Assembly (NCBI GenBank): GCA_037446215.1
Contig: JBBIJB010000014.1
Coordinates: 7,463-40,572, forward strand
DNA length: 33,110 bases
Source: Armatimonadota bacterium
GTDB lineage: Bacteria > Sysuimicrobiota > Sysuimicrobiia > Sysuimicrobiales > Humicultoraceae
Direction: 5' to 3'
In this document: one piece after another, positions 18,470 to 27,302 of the stretch
Numbering within the stretch: position 1 is the stretch's first letter
How the letters are laid out: each line of letters begins with the position of its first letter
Translations under genes and position numbers: made by a program
The notes under the pieces: generated by a model
Told to the model about the DNA's origin: nothing
Database searches by the model: none
The model's input: only the letters and a program-made list of their open reading frames with translations

Positions 18470-20032
18470 CTACTTCAAGAATGCGTTGACGAACTCAACC
18501 CCTGTCTGCGGAGCGCCGTGCGTGTAGCCCTCGAGCCGGCCGCTGGTGATGGCCACCTTGTACTCCGTGTTGATCGGGACTATCGTTGCGAGCTTGTTTA
18601 CCATGTCTACGGCCCGGTTGTAGAGGAGCTTGCGGCGACCCTCAGAGAAGGCGATCAGCGCCTCGGTGAGGAGCTGGTCGAGGGCGGGGTCGCTCGCCTT
18701 GCTGTAGTTGGCCCGCCCTCCGGTCTTCACCAGGGCGTCCATGAAGAGCGAGGGCTCGTCGGTTGATTGGTTCCACCCGTTGAAAGCCGCCTGGAACCTG
18801 CCCCCGCGCACGTCGCTGAGGAAGGCGGCCCACTCCATCACGCTCACCTGGCAGTCGAATCCGGCGGCGCGCAGTTGGTTGCAGGCGGCCTCGCAGATCT
18901 CCTTGTCCATGAAGTACCGGCCGTTGGGCGTGTGCAGGACCAGGCGGAGCGGCTGGCCGTCCTTGCGCGCGATCCCGCCCGGCCCCGGCTGCCAGCCTGC
19001 CTCCGTCAGAAGCGCGCGCGCCTTGGTCCTGTTGAACGGGTAGGCGGTGTACGTCCCCGGCGGCGGGTTGAAGGCGCTTCCCGCCGGCAGGATCGTGTCC
19101 ATCGGAACGGCCATCCCGTCCGCCAGGGCCTTGATGATCTGCGGGGTGTTGATCGCGTGGCTTACGGCTTGGCGAACCCTCAGGTCGTTCAGCGGCGGCT
19201 GGGCGGTGTTCAGCGTGATGTACCTTATGCGGTAGCTCGGGATCCTGTGGACAACGAACCGGCGATCCTTCGACAGCCGCTCCAGATCCTCCCGATTCGC
19301 CCGCGTGATGAAGTGCACCCCGCCGGTCTCCAGCTCTATGATCCCTGTGTTGACCTCCGTGATCGGGCGTATCACCAGTTGGTCGGGCTTGACCTGCCCT
19401 CCCCACCAATCCGGATTGCGGCCCAGGACCACCCTCTGGCCCTGCACCCACTGGGCGAACCTGAAGGGGCCGGTTCCTACCGGCTTGAAGGCGAACTCCT
19501 TTCCCAGCGAGTCGTACGCCGCCCTGCTGGGGATGAGCCCGCCGTTGGTCAGGAGTACGAGGTCGAGGAACGCCACGTTGGCCTGCTTGAGGGTGATCGC
19601 GATCGTGTGCTTGTCTACCACCTGGATGCGCTCGATGTCTGAGAACTGGGCGCGAAAGACGCTGCCCTCTCGGGGGTCCATCACCCTGCGCAGGTGCCAC
19701 TCCACCACGGACGCATCGAACTCCGACCCGTCGTGGAACCTCACGCCCTGCCGCAGCGAGAACGTCCACGTACGCCGATCCACCGAGAGCTTCCACCGCT
19801 CGGCCAGCTGCCCCACGATCTTCCCGTCCACCGTCCGCATGACCAGCCGCTCCATGACCATGCCCGCGACGAAGCTCGTCGGGAGCTCCTGGATCCGCAG
19901 GGGATCGAACTGGACGACATCGGCCTCACCGGCTATCACGATCTCCTGGCGGGCGGGCGCGGAGGTGCCGCTGCCGGTGAAGACCAAGATGCCGATCAGC
20001 ACCAGGATCATGGTGGTACGCGGAATGCCCAT
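18470..20032 (-). CDS. Peptide/nickel-family (SBP family 5) substrate-binding protein, copy 2
   Basis: LAERWKLS..TWTFSLRQGVRFHDGS, KPVGTGPFRF, DLRVRQAVSHAIN; signal peptide; ATG 20032 after AGGAGG. Confidence 0.92.
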   Translation of the reverse strand: MGIPRTTMILVLIGILVFTGSGTSAPARQEIVIAGEADVVQFDPLRIQELPTSFVAGMVMERLVMRTVDGKIVGQLAERWKLSVDRRTWTFSLRQGVRFHDGSEFDASVVEWHLRRVMDPREGSVFRAQFSDIERIQVVDKHTIAITLKQANVAFLDLVLLTNGGLIPSRAAYDSLGKEFAFKPVGTGPFRFAQWVQGQRVVLGRNPDWWGGQVKPDQLVIRPITEVNTGIIELETGGVHFITRANREDLERLSKDRRFVVHRIPSYRIRYITLNTAQPPLNDLRVRQAVSHAINTPQIIKALADGMAVPMDTILPAGSAFNPPPGTYTAYPFNRTKARALLTEAGWQPGPGGIARKDGQPLRLVLHTPNGRYFMDKEICEAACNQLRAAGFDCQVSVMEWAAFLSDVRGGRFQAAFNGWNQSTDEPSLFMDALVKTGGRANYSKASDPALDQLLTEALIAFSEGRRKLLYNRAVDMVNKLATIVPINTEYKVAITSGRLEGYTHGAPQTGVEFVNAFLK

Positions 20033-20067
20033 GATGCTACCTCCTGCCGGCCTCACCCGGCGTGGCT

Positions 20068-20961
20068 TCAGGCCTGCCGGAGGCGTGGGTCCAGGGCGTC
20101 GCGCAGGCCGTCGCCGATGAGGTTGAACCCGAGGACGGTCAGCATTATCGCGAGCCCGGGGAAGACGCCTACCCACCAGGCGGTCCTCAGGAACGCCCGG
20201 CCCTGGTTGATCATGCCGCCCCAGTCGGGTGTCGGCGGCTGGGCTCCGAGCCCGAGGAACGAGAGGCCGGCGGAGGCCAGGATCGCCGTGCCGACATCAA
20301 GTGACGCGAGGACTATCACGGGCGCGAGCACGTTGGGCGTGATGTGCCGTACCATCAGTCGCAGGTCGGACGCCCCCACCGCGCGCGCCGCCTCGATGTA
20401 CTCGTTCTTGCGCACCGAGAGTACCGAGCCGCGAACCAGGCGGGCGAACGCCGGGATCTGGTTGATGCCCACAGCTATCATCACCTGGTAGAGGCCCGGG
20501 CCGAGCGCGGCGACCACCGCCAGCGCCAGCAGGATCCCTGGGAACGCCAGCAGGATGTCCATGAACCCCATGATGGCTCTGTCTGTGCCTCCCGCGTACA
20601 TGCCCGAGAGCAGCCCAAGTACCGAGCCGAACACCAGCCCAAGGAACATCGCCAGGAAGCCCACCATCAGCGAGACGCGCGCGCCCCAGATTATGCGCGC
20701 CAGCACGTCGCGGCCGAGCATGTCGGTCCCGAGCAGGAAGCCCGGCGAGGGCGGCTTCAGGCGCCGCTCGAGGTCCTGCTCGTCGTAACCCTGCGGTGCC
20801 AGCAGCGGGGCGCTGATGCTGATCGCGAAGAACGCGGCCACCAGGACGACCCCGATGATCACGATACGCCGGCGAAACAGTCGGCGCAGGAACGCCGAGC
20901 CTCCCGGCCGTGTCGAGCCGGCCAGCATCGCCAGGGGGACGGGGCGCGCGGCGTTACTCAT
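20068..20961 (-). CDS. Peptide/nickel ABC permease (DppC/OppC-like)
   Basis: LGTDMLGRDVLARIIWGARVSL, EYIEAARAVGAS, LSFLGLGAQPPTPDWG, NLIGDGLRDALDPR; ATG 20961 overlaps the upstream permease stop. Confidence 0.94.
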   Translation of the reverse strand: MSNAARPVPLAMLAGSTRPGGSAFLRRLFRRRIVIIGVVLVAAFFAISISAPLLAPQGYDEQDLERRLKPPSPGFLLGTDMLGRDVLARIIWGARVSLMVGFLAMFLGLVFGSVLGLLSGMYAGGTDRAIMGFMDILLAFPGILLALAVVAALGPGLYQVMIAVGINQIPAFARLVRGSVLSVRKNEYIEAARAVGASDLRLMVRHITPNVLAPVIVLASLDVGTAILASAGLSFLGLGAQPPTPDWGGMINQGRAFLRTAWWVGVFPGLAIMLTVLGFNLIGDGLRDALDPRLRQA

Positions 20962-21895
20962 ACTTGATCCGAGGATCAACCAGCGCGTAGAGGAGATCGA
21001 CGCCCAGGTTCACCAGGACGAAGACGAGTGCGACGATCATCATCGTGCCCTGCACCATCGGGTAGTCACGGGACGAGATGGCCGTGACGATGAGCGTTCC
21101 GATCCCCGGCCACGAGAAGACCTGCTCGGTTATCACGGCGCCCCCCAGCAGCGCCCCGAGGCGCAGCCCGACGACCGTGACGACCGGGATCAGGGCGTTG
21201 CGAAGGGCGTGGTGGCCGATCACTATCCGCTCGATGAGCCCCTTCGCGCGCGCGGTGCGCACGTAGTCCTGCCTCAGGACGTCGAGCAGGCTGCTGCGGG
21301 TCAGGCGCGCTATTATGGCCGCCGACGGCGTGCCCAGCGCTATCGCCGGCATGAGGATCGAGCGGAGGCCGTCGATCGTCCACGGAGGCCCGGCCCTCCC
21401 GGAAGCGGGCAGCCAGCCCAGGTGGTAGGAGAAGAGCAGCATCAGCAGAAGCCCGAGCCAAAACGTCGGCGTGGAGATGCCCGCGAGCGCCGCGAAGGTG
21501 GCGCCGTAGTCGTAGGCCGTGTTCGGGCGTACGGCCGCGACTATGCCCGCGGCCACGCCGAGTATCACAGCCAGTATCAGGCTGGCGACGGCGAGCTCGA
21601 TCGTGTTCGGGAAGCGCGCACCCACGTCGTCCCGGACGAGCCGGCCCGTCCTTATCGAGCGCCCGAACTCCCCCTTGGCGCTGCTCGCCACGAACCGCAG
21701 GTACTGCACCGCGAAGGGCTGGTCGAGGCCGAGCTTCCGGCGTATGTTCTCGACGTCCTCCTCGAAGGCGTTCTCGCCCGCGATCAGCCTGGCCGGGTCG
21801 CCGGGGCTCAGGTGTAGGATCATGAAAGCAAGCAGGGCCGCGCCCAGCAGGACAGGGATCGCGGCCAGCAGCTTGCGGGCGACGTACCGCCACAT
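20954..21895 (-). CDS. Peptide/nickel ABC permease (DppB/OppB-like)
   Basis: PGDPA, LGLDQP, DYVRTARAKGL, HALRNALIPV, EQVFSWPGIG, RDYPMVQG, DLLYALVDPRI. Confidence 0.95.
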   Translation of the reverse strand: MWRYVARKLLAAIPVLLGAALLAFMILHLSPGDPARLIAGENAFEEDVENIRRKLGLDQPFAVQYLRFVASSAKGEFGRSIRTGRLVRDDVGARFPNTIELAVASLILAVILGVAAGIVAAVRPNTAYDYGATFAALAGISTPTFWLGLLLMLLFSYHLGWLPASGRAGPPWTIDGLRSILMPAIALGTPSAAIIARLTRSSLLDVLRQDYVRTARAKGLIERIVIGHHALRNALIPVVTVVGLRLGALLGGAVITEQVFSWPGIGTLIVTAISSRDYPMVQGTMMIVALVFVLVNLGVDLLYALVDPRIKYE

Positions 21896-21922
21896 GCCGT
21901 CAGTCGCCTGCTTCTACCCGGG

Positions 21923-23482
21923 CTACTTCAGGTACATGGTCGTGAAGTCGTTGCGCGCCGGGCTGTGGACATAGCCCTCCAGGCGCGAGGTCGTCACGGC
22001 CACCTTGAACTCGTTGCTGATCGGCACGTACCAGGCGTGCTTGTTGATGATGTCGACGGCCCTGTTGTAGAGCAGCATGCGCCGGCCCTCGGAGAAGGCG
22101 ATCAGCCCCTCCCTGAGTATCTGGTCCAGCGCCGGGTCGGTGAGCGAGGTGTAGTTTGCCCGTCCGCCTGTAGCCGCCATGGGATCCAGGAAGAGCGACG
22201 GTTCGCCGCTGGACTGGTTCCACCCGAGGAACGCGGCGTCGAACTTGCCCGCGCGCACCTCGGCCAGGAACGCCGCCCACTCCATGACCTTCACGCGGCA
22301 CTCCATCCCGACCGCCCGCACCCGGTTGCAGATGACCTCCGAGATCTCCTTGTCGGCGAAGTAGCGGCCGTTGGGCGAGTGGAGCACGAACTGCAGCGTC
22401 CGGTCGCCCTTCTGCCGGATGCCGCCCGCCCCCGGCCTCCACCCCGCTTCGGTCAGGAGGGAGCGCGCCCGCTCGACGTTGTGCGCGTACACCGCGTAGG
22501 ACCCCTGCTTGGGATGGAGCTTGCTCTCCACCGGCAGCGTCGTGTCCACAGGGATCGCCATTCCCCCTGCCAGCGCGTTGACTATCTGGGGGACGTTGAG
22601 GGCGTGGTTGATCGCCTGCCTTACCTTGATGTCGTCGAAGGGCGGGCGCATCGGGTTCAGCGAGATGAACCTGATCCGATAGGTCGGGACGCGGTGGACC
22701 TTGAACCTGCTGTCCTTGGAGAGCCGCTCGAGGTCCTCGCGGCTCGCGCGCAAGATGAAGTGCAGCCCGCCGGTCTCCAGCTCGATCACGCCGGTGTTGA
22801 CGTCCAGGACCGGCCGTATGACTATCCGGTCGGTCTTGGGCGCCGCTCCCCAGTAGTTGGGGTTGCGCTCCAGGACGACCCGCTGCCCCTGGATCCACTG
22901 GCTCCAGCGGTACGGCCCCGTGCCGATGGGCTTGAAGGGGAACTCCGCCCCCAGCGTCTCGTAGGCGCGCCTGCTCGGGATGTAGCCGGCGTTGGTCAGC
23001 AGCACGAACTCGAGGAACGCGACGTTGGGCTCGGTGAGCGTCAGCGCGATGGTATGCGAGTCGACGATCGTGATCTTCTCGATGACCATGAACTGGCGCC
23101 GGAAGCCGCTGCCCTCCTTGGGATCCAGGACCCGCTTCAGGTGCCACTCGACCACCGAGGCGTCGAAGTCCGAGCCGTCGTGGAACTTCACTCCCTTTCG
23201 GAGGCTGAAGGTCCAGGTGCGGCGATCCGGCGACGTCTTCCACCTCTCGGCCAGCGCCGGTCCTATCTTCCCGTCCAGGGTCCGGCGCACCAGCGGGTCG
23301 TAGATCATGTCGGCCACGAAGCTCGTCGGTGCCTCCTGGATGCGGAGGGGGTCGAACACCGTGACGTCGGCCTCGTTCCCTATGACGATCTCCTGCCCGG
23401 CGGGCGCGGAGGTCGCGACGTTTCCACCCAGCAGCAGGATCACGGCAAGTCCAAGCGCCACAGCACAGTGCCTGCGGGCCAT
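21923..23482 (-). CDS. Peptide/nickel-family (SBP family 5) substrate-binding protein, copy 1
   Basis: PALAERWKTS..TWTFSLRKGVKFHDGS, KPIGTGPY, PFDDIKVRQAINHALN; signal peptide; GGAGG RBS. Confidence 0.93.
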   Translation of the reverse strand: MARRHCAVALGLAVILLLGGNVATSAPAGQEIVIGNEADVTVFDPLRIQEAPTSFVADMIYDPLVRRTLDGKIGPALAERWKTSPDRRTWTFSLRKGVKFHDGSDFDASVVEWHLKRVLDPKEGSGFRRQFMVIEKITIVDSHTIALTLTEPNVAFLEFVLLTNAGYIPSRRAYETLGAEFPFKPIGTGPYRWSQWIQGQRVVLERNPNYWGAAPKTDRIVIRPVLDVNTGVIELETGGLHFILRASREDLERLSKDSRFKVHRVPTYRIRFISLNPMRPPFDDIKVRQAINHALNVPQIVNALAGGMAIPVDTTLPVESKLHPKQGSYAVYAHNVERARSLLTEAGWRPGAGGIRQKGDRTLQFVLHSPNGRYFADKEISEVICNRVRAVGMECRVKVMEWAAFLAEVRAGKFDAAFLGWNQSSGEPSLFLDPMAATGGRANYTSLTDPALDQILREGLIAFSEGRRMLLYNRAVDIINKHAWYVPISNEFKVAVTTSRLEGYVHSPARNDFTTMYLK

Positions 23483-23613
23483 CCTAGCTCACCTCCATCA
23501 TTGCTCGGTCCCGCCGCGCGGCGGCGATCAGGGTCTCGGATGCCGATGCGGCGGGCGCCGGGTTGATGCCAAGGAATACCAATTCTATGCGATCTCTGCC
23601 AACCCTCTTGCCG

Positions 23614-24999
23614 CTACGCGCCGCCGACGGGCAGGCGGATCGTTACCCGCGTGCCCGCTCCCGGCCTGCTGCTGATCTGCATCATGCCGCCGTGGGCGGC
23701 GGCGATGCCCGAGGCGATCGCGAGCCCGAGACCCGCGCCGCCGGCCTCCCGTGAGCGAGCAGGGTCCACGCGGTAGAACCGCCCGCCCAGGTGAGGTAGG
23801 TGCTCAGGTGAGATCCCGATGCCCGTGTCCTCGACGACCAGGCTGACTTGGTCGCCGTCCACGGACGTACGGAGGCCTACCGTTCCTCCTGAGGGCGTGT
23901 ACTTGATGGCGTTCTCCAGCAGGATGCGTGCCGCCTGCTCGAGGGCTTCCCGGTCGCCGACGAGGCGAACTCCCTCGCCGTAGTCCCCTCCCAGGTCGAC
24001 GCTCTTCTCCCGCGCCAGGGGCGCGAGGCGGCGCGCCACGGCCGCCGCGACCTCGGAGAGGTCGAGCACAGCGCGTTCGAGGCGCATCTCCCCGGCGTCC
24101 AGGCGGGCGAGCGTCAGCAGGTTGTCGGTCAGGCGCTCCATGTGCCTGGTCTCCGACACGACATCCTCGACCAGCTCGGCGTCGGAGGGGTCGAGCCGCT
24201 CCCGCTGCCGCAGCAGCACCTCGGCGTTCGCCCTGATGAGCGTGAGTGGGGTACGGAGCTCATGGGATGCGTCGGCGATGAACGCCTGCTGCCGGCCGAG
24301 CGCGAGCTGCGCCGGGGCGAGTGCCCTGTTGGCAAGGAACAGCCCGCCGGCGGTGGCGATCAGAACGGCCAGGGCGCCGAGGGCGAGGAGCAGGTCCCGC
24401 AGAAGCCTCAGCGCGCTCACCTGCTGGGCTATCGATCGCCCCACCTGCACCACGCCAAGCGCCACACCCGAGGTCGGGTCAGCGACCCTGACGGCGATAC
24501 GGTAGAGGGGCCCGACCTCCTCTCCGCCATCCACAACGTCACTGGCCCTGCCGCCTGCCAGGGCCTTCGCGGCCAGTGACTCCTTGAGGAATGCCTCGGG
24601 CAGAGGGTCGCCCTCGCCTCCGGGGATGCTCATCGAGCCCAGGACCCGCTCCTGCAAGTCGATGCAGGCGATGTAGACCGGGGGCCGTCCCGGCAGCCGT
24701 GAGGGTGGAGGGAGGCCCGGGGTCCCCCGCGGGAGCCCGCCCCTGACCGCAGTCGGGCGCGCGCAGGCCTGTGAGGGCGACTGCTGCCACATCCTGGCCG
24801 TGAACTCCGCGGCGCCGCCGAGCTGATCCGAGGTAGGCCTCATCAACTGGTCGCGCAGCCCGAAGAAGAGCACTAGTCCGGAGGCGGCGAGCGTAGCTAC
24901 CAGCACCGCGGTGTACCAAGCGGTGAGCTCCCGGCGGAGTCTTCCGAGGAACGCCGCCCCGGGCTCTGGCGCGGTTCCAGGAACGCCACCTCTTCGCAT
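23614..24999 (-). CDS. Two-component sensor histidine kinase
   Basis: Two TM segments, H-box FIADASHELRTPL, N-box LLENAIKYT, G1 VEDTGIGI, FYRVD, G2 GAGLGLAI. Confidence 0.94.
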   Translation of the reverse strand: MRRGGVPGTAPEPGAAFLGRLRRELTAWYTAVLVATLAASGLVLFFGLRDQLMRPTSDQLGGAAEFTARMWQQSPSQACARPTAVRGGLPRGTPGLPPPSRLPGRPPVYIACIDLQERVLGSMSIPGGEGDPLPEAFLKESLAAKALAGGRASDVVDGGEEVGPLYRIAVRVADPTSGVALGVVQVGRSIAQQVSALRLLRDLLLALGALAVLIATAGGLFLANRALAPAQLALGRQQAFIADASHELRTPLTLIRANAEVLLRQRERLDPSDAELVEDVVSETRHMERLTDNLLTLARLDAGEMRLERAVLDLSEVAAAVARRLAPLAREKSVDLGGDYGEGVRLVGDREALEQAARILLENAIKYTPSGGTVGLRTSVDGDQVSLVVEDTGIGISPEHLPHLGGRFYRVDPARSREAGGAGLGLAIASGIAAAHGGMMQISSRPGAGTRVTIRLPVGGA

Positions 25000-25007
25000 C
25001 TCCGTCT

Positions 25008-25682
25008 CTACTCCCCAATCCTGTAGCCGACGCCGCGCACGGTCTTGATCAGAGGGCGGTCGAATCCCCGGTCTACCTTGTCGCGAAGGTAGTGGATGTA
25101 GATGTCCACGACGTTGGAGACCGCGTCCAGGTCGTAACGCCAGACGTGATCTATGATCTGCGTCCTGGAGAGCGCCCTGCCCGGGTTGCGCATCAGGTAC
25201 TCGAGGAGGGCGAACTCCTTTGGGGTCAGCTCGATCGCCCTGCCGCCCCGCCGGACCTCGCGCCGCAGCAGGTCGAGCGTGAGCCCGCCCACCTCCAGGA
25301 CAGTTGGGGCGTCGGCCGAGCGGTCGCGGCGTCGCAGCAGCGCGCCGACCCGCGCGAGCAGCTCGGCCATGGCGAAGGGCTTGACGAGGTAGTCATCCGC
25401 GCCCGCGTTCAGCCCGGCGACCCGATCCTCCACGGTGCCGCGGGCCGTGAGCATCAGGACCGGCGTCCCTATGCCCTCGGCCCGCATGCGACGGCATACC
25501 TCGATACCGTCGAGATCGGGCAGCATCAGGTCGAGGATGACGAGGTCGTACCCGGCGCTCAGCGCCAGGTCCAGCCCACGCTCGCCTGAGTGTGCCAGAT
25601 CGGCGGCGTGGCGCTCCTCGGTCAAGACGCGCTGGAGAAGGCGCCCGAGCCTCTGGTCGTCCTCGACAACAAGGATATGCAT
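25008..25682 (-). CDS. OmpR/PhoB family response regulator
   Basis: MHILVVEDD, LDLMLP (phospho-Asp), GADDYLVKPF, LTPKEFALLEYL, IKTVRGVGY; ATG 25682 after GGGAGG. Confidence 0.95.
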   Translation of the reverse strand: MHILVVEDDQRLGRLLQRVLTEERHAADLAHSGERGLDLALSAGYDLVILDLMLPDLDGIEVCRRMRAEGIGTPVLMLTARGTVEDRVAGLNAGADDYLVKPFAMAELLARVGALLRRRDRSADAPTVLEVGGLTLDLLRREVRRGGRAIELTPKEFALLEYLMRNPGRALSRTQIIDHVWRYDLDAVSNVVDIYIHYLRDKVDRGFDRPLIKTVRGVGYRIGE

Positions 25683-25693
25683 CGTCGCCTCCC

Positions 25694-25800
25694 ACCCTAG
25701 TCCTAGAAGGTTGGAAATGGATTGGAAGCGTTGTGTCGATACGATTCTAAGAGAATCCCCATCTTCCTCCAATCCGATTCCCACGCCCGCCTCCTACGAT
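25694..25800. promoter_or_regulatory. Divergent promoter region with 11-bp-period hexamer boxes (putative response-regulator sites)
   Basis: Minus: TTCCAA-N5-TTCCAA (25727-25711), N11, TAGGGT. Plus: TCCCCA/CTCCAA/TTCCCA at 25756/25767/25778, N11, TACGAT (25795-25800). Central inverted repeat GATTCT-AAG-AGAATC (25743-25757). Confidence 0.65.
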
Positions 25801-25819
25801 GACCGAGGAGGTGTCGATC

Positions 25820-27292
25820 ATGCTGCGCAGGCGAGTAGTGGTCGCGATGCTGATTCTTGCCGTGATTGTGGCCGGTGCCTGGTATCAGCGCTCGCGAAGC
25901 ACAGAGAAGCCCGCCACGGAGGCGATGCGGACGGCCCGCGTGACCCGGGGGACTCTGACGGCCAGCGTCAGCGCAACGGGTACGCTCCAGCCCTACGCCC
26001 AGGTCGAGGTGCGCTCGCGCGCGACCGGGACCGTCGTCGACGTCAGGGTCCAGGAGGGCGACAGGGTAACCAGGGGGCAGATGCTGGTGGTCATCGACGA
26101 CTCGGATGCCCTCGCGGGCTACGAGGTCGCGCGGGCGCAGCTTGCCGCCTCGCAGGCCCGTCTCGCGCAGGCCGAGGCGACGTTGGAGGCGACGCGAGCG
26201 CAGAACGTCGCGCGCGTGGCGCAGTCGGAGGATGCGCTTCGCACGGCGAAGGCGCGCCTGGCAGTCGTGCTGGCAGGGGCGCGCCCCGAGGGATTGGAGC
26301 AGGCGCAGGCGACGCTCACACAGGCACAGCTCGCCGTTGACCTGGCCCGGCGCAACCTGGAGCGGACCCGCGACCTCTACGGCCAGGGGCTGGTGGCCCG
26401 GCAGAGCATCGACCAGGCCCAGAACCAGTACGACGTGGCCGCGGCCCAGGCCCGCTCGGCCGAGGCGCGCCTCCGCGAGCTGCAGGCCGGCAGCTCGCCC
26501 CAGGATATCGCCGTGGCCCAGGCCCAGGTCAGGGAGGCGGAGTCGGCCGTCGCAAGCGGGCATGCCGCGCGTCGGCAGGAGGAGGCGCTGGCGGCCACGG
26601 TCGCTGCCGCCAGGGCCGATGTGCGCAGCAAGCAGGCCGACGCGGCCCAGGCCCTCGAGCGGCTCAACGAGATGCGCGTGTCGGCACCCATAGACGGGAT
26701 CGTGGCGCGGCTTGGCGTCCAGGTGGGCCAGACCGTGATCGGGGGCGTCTCGGCCGGGGGCACCCTGCTGATGGCTCTCGCCGACACTAGGGTCATCCAG
26801 GCTGAGATCGCCGTGGACGAGTCGGATGTCGCCCAAGTCCGCATCGGGATCCCGGTGCGGATCTCCGTGGACGCGCTGCCAGACCGGACCTTCGAGGGGA
26901 AGGTCACCAGGATAGCGCCTCAGGCCACGGTTACCCAGAACGTCACCCAGTTCAACGTGATCGTGACGGTATCCAACCCCGACCGTCTGCTGCGGCTCGG
27001 CATGTCCGCCGACGGGGAGTTCATCATCATGGAGCTCCGGGACGTGCTGCTCGTGCCCTCCGAGGCCGTCCGCGGGAAGGACGCGAAGGTCGTGAACCTC
27101 GTTGAGGGCGGCAGGCTGCTGCCGGTCGTGGTCGAGACGGGCGTGAGCGACGGGCGCCAGGTTGAGATCACGAAGGGCCTGGCGGAGGGCCAGACGGTCT
27201 ACCTCGGACAGACGAGCCGGACCTCGAGCCAGACGCCTGCACAGCAGCAGGTCAACCCATTCCTGCCCTCACGTCCCCCGGGCGGGAGATAG
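25820..27292 (+). CDS. Efflux periplasmic adaptor (MacA/HlyD/YknX-like membrane fusion protein)
   Basis: N-terminal TM, VSATGTL, V.EGDRVTRGQ, long Ala/Gln coiled coil, SAPIDGIV, VDESDVAQVRIG, VETGVSDG; ATG 25820 after GAGGAGG. Confidence 0.92.
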   Translation: MLRRRVVVAMLILAVIVAGAWYQRSRSTEKPATEAMRTARVTRGTLTASVSATGTLQPYAQVEVRSRATGTVVDVRVQEGDRVTRGQMLVVIDDSDALAGYEVARAQLAASQARLAQAEATLEATRAQNVARVAQSEDALRTAKARLAVVLAGARPEGLEQAQATLTQAQLAVDLARRNLERTRDLYGQGLVARQSIDQAQNQYDVAAAQARSAEARLRELQAGSSPQDIAVAQAQVREAESAVASGHAARRQEEALAATVAAARADVRSKQADAAQALERLNEMRVSAPIDGIVARLGVQVGQTVIGGVSAGGTLLMALADTRVIQAEIAVDESDVAQVRIGIPVRISVDALPDRTFEGKVTRIAPQATVTQNVTQFNVIVTVSNPDRLLRLGMSADGEFIIMELRDVLLVPSEAVRGKDAKVVNLVEGGRLLPVVVETGVSDGRQVEITKGLAEGQTVYLGQTSRTSSQTPAQQQVNPFLPSRPPGGR

Positions 27293-27302
27293 GAGGGCTC
27301 TG

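Noticed and set aside
23586..23602. Sigma54 promoter TGGCAGAGATCGCA on the minus strand
   Set aside because: GG-to-GC spacing is 8 nt rather than the required 10.
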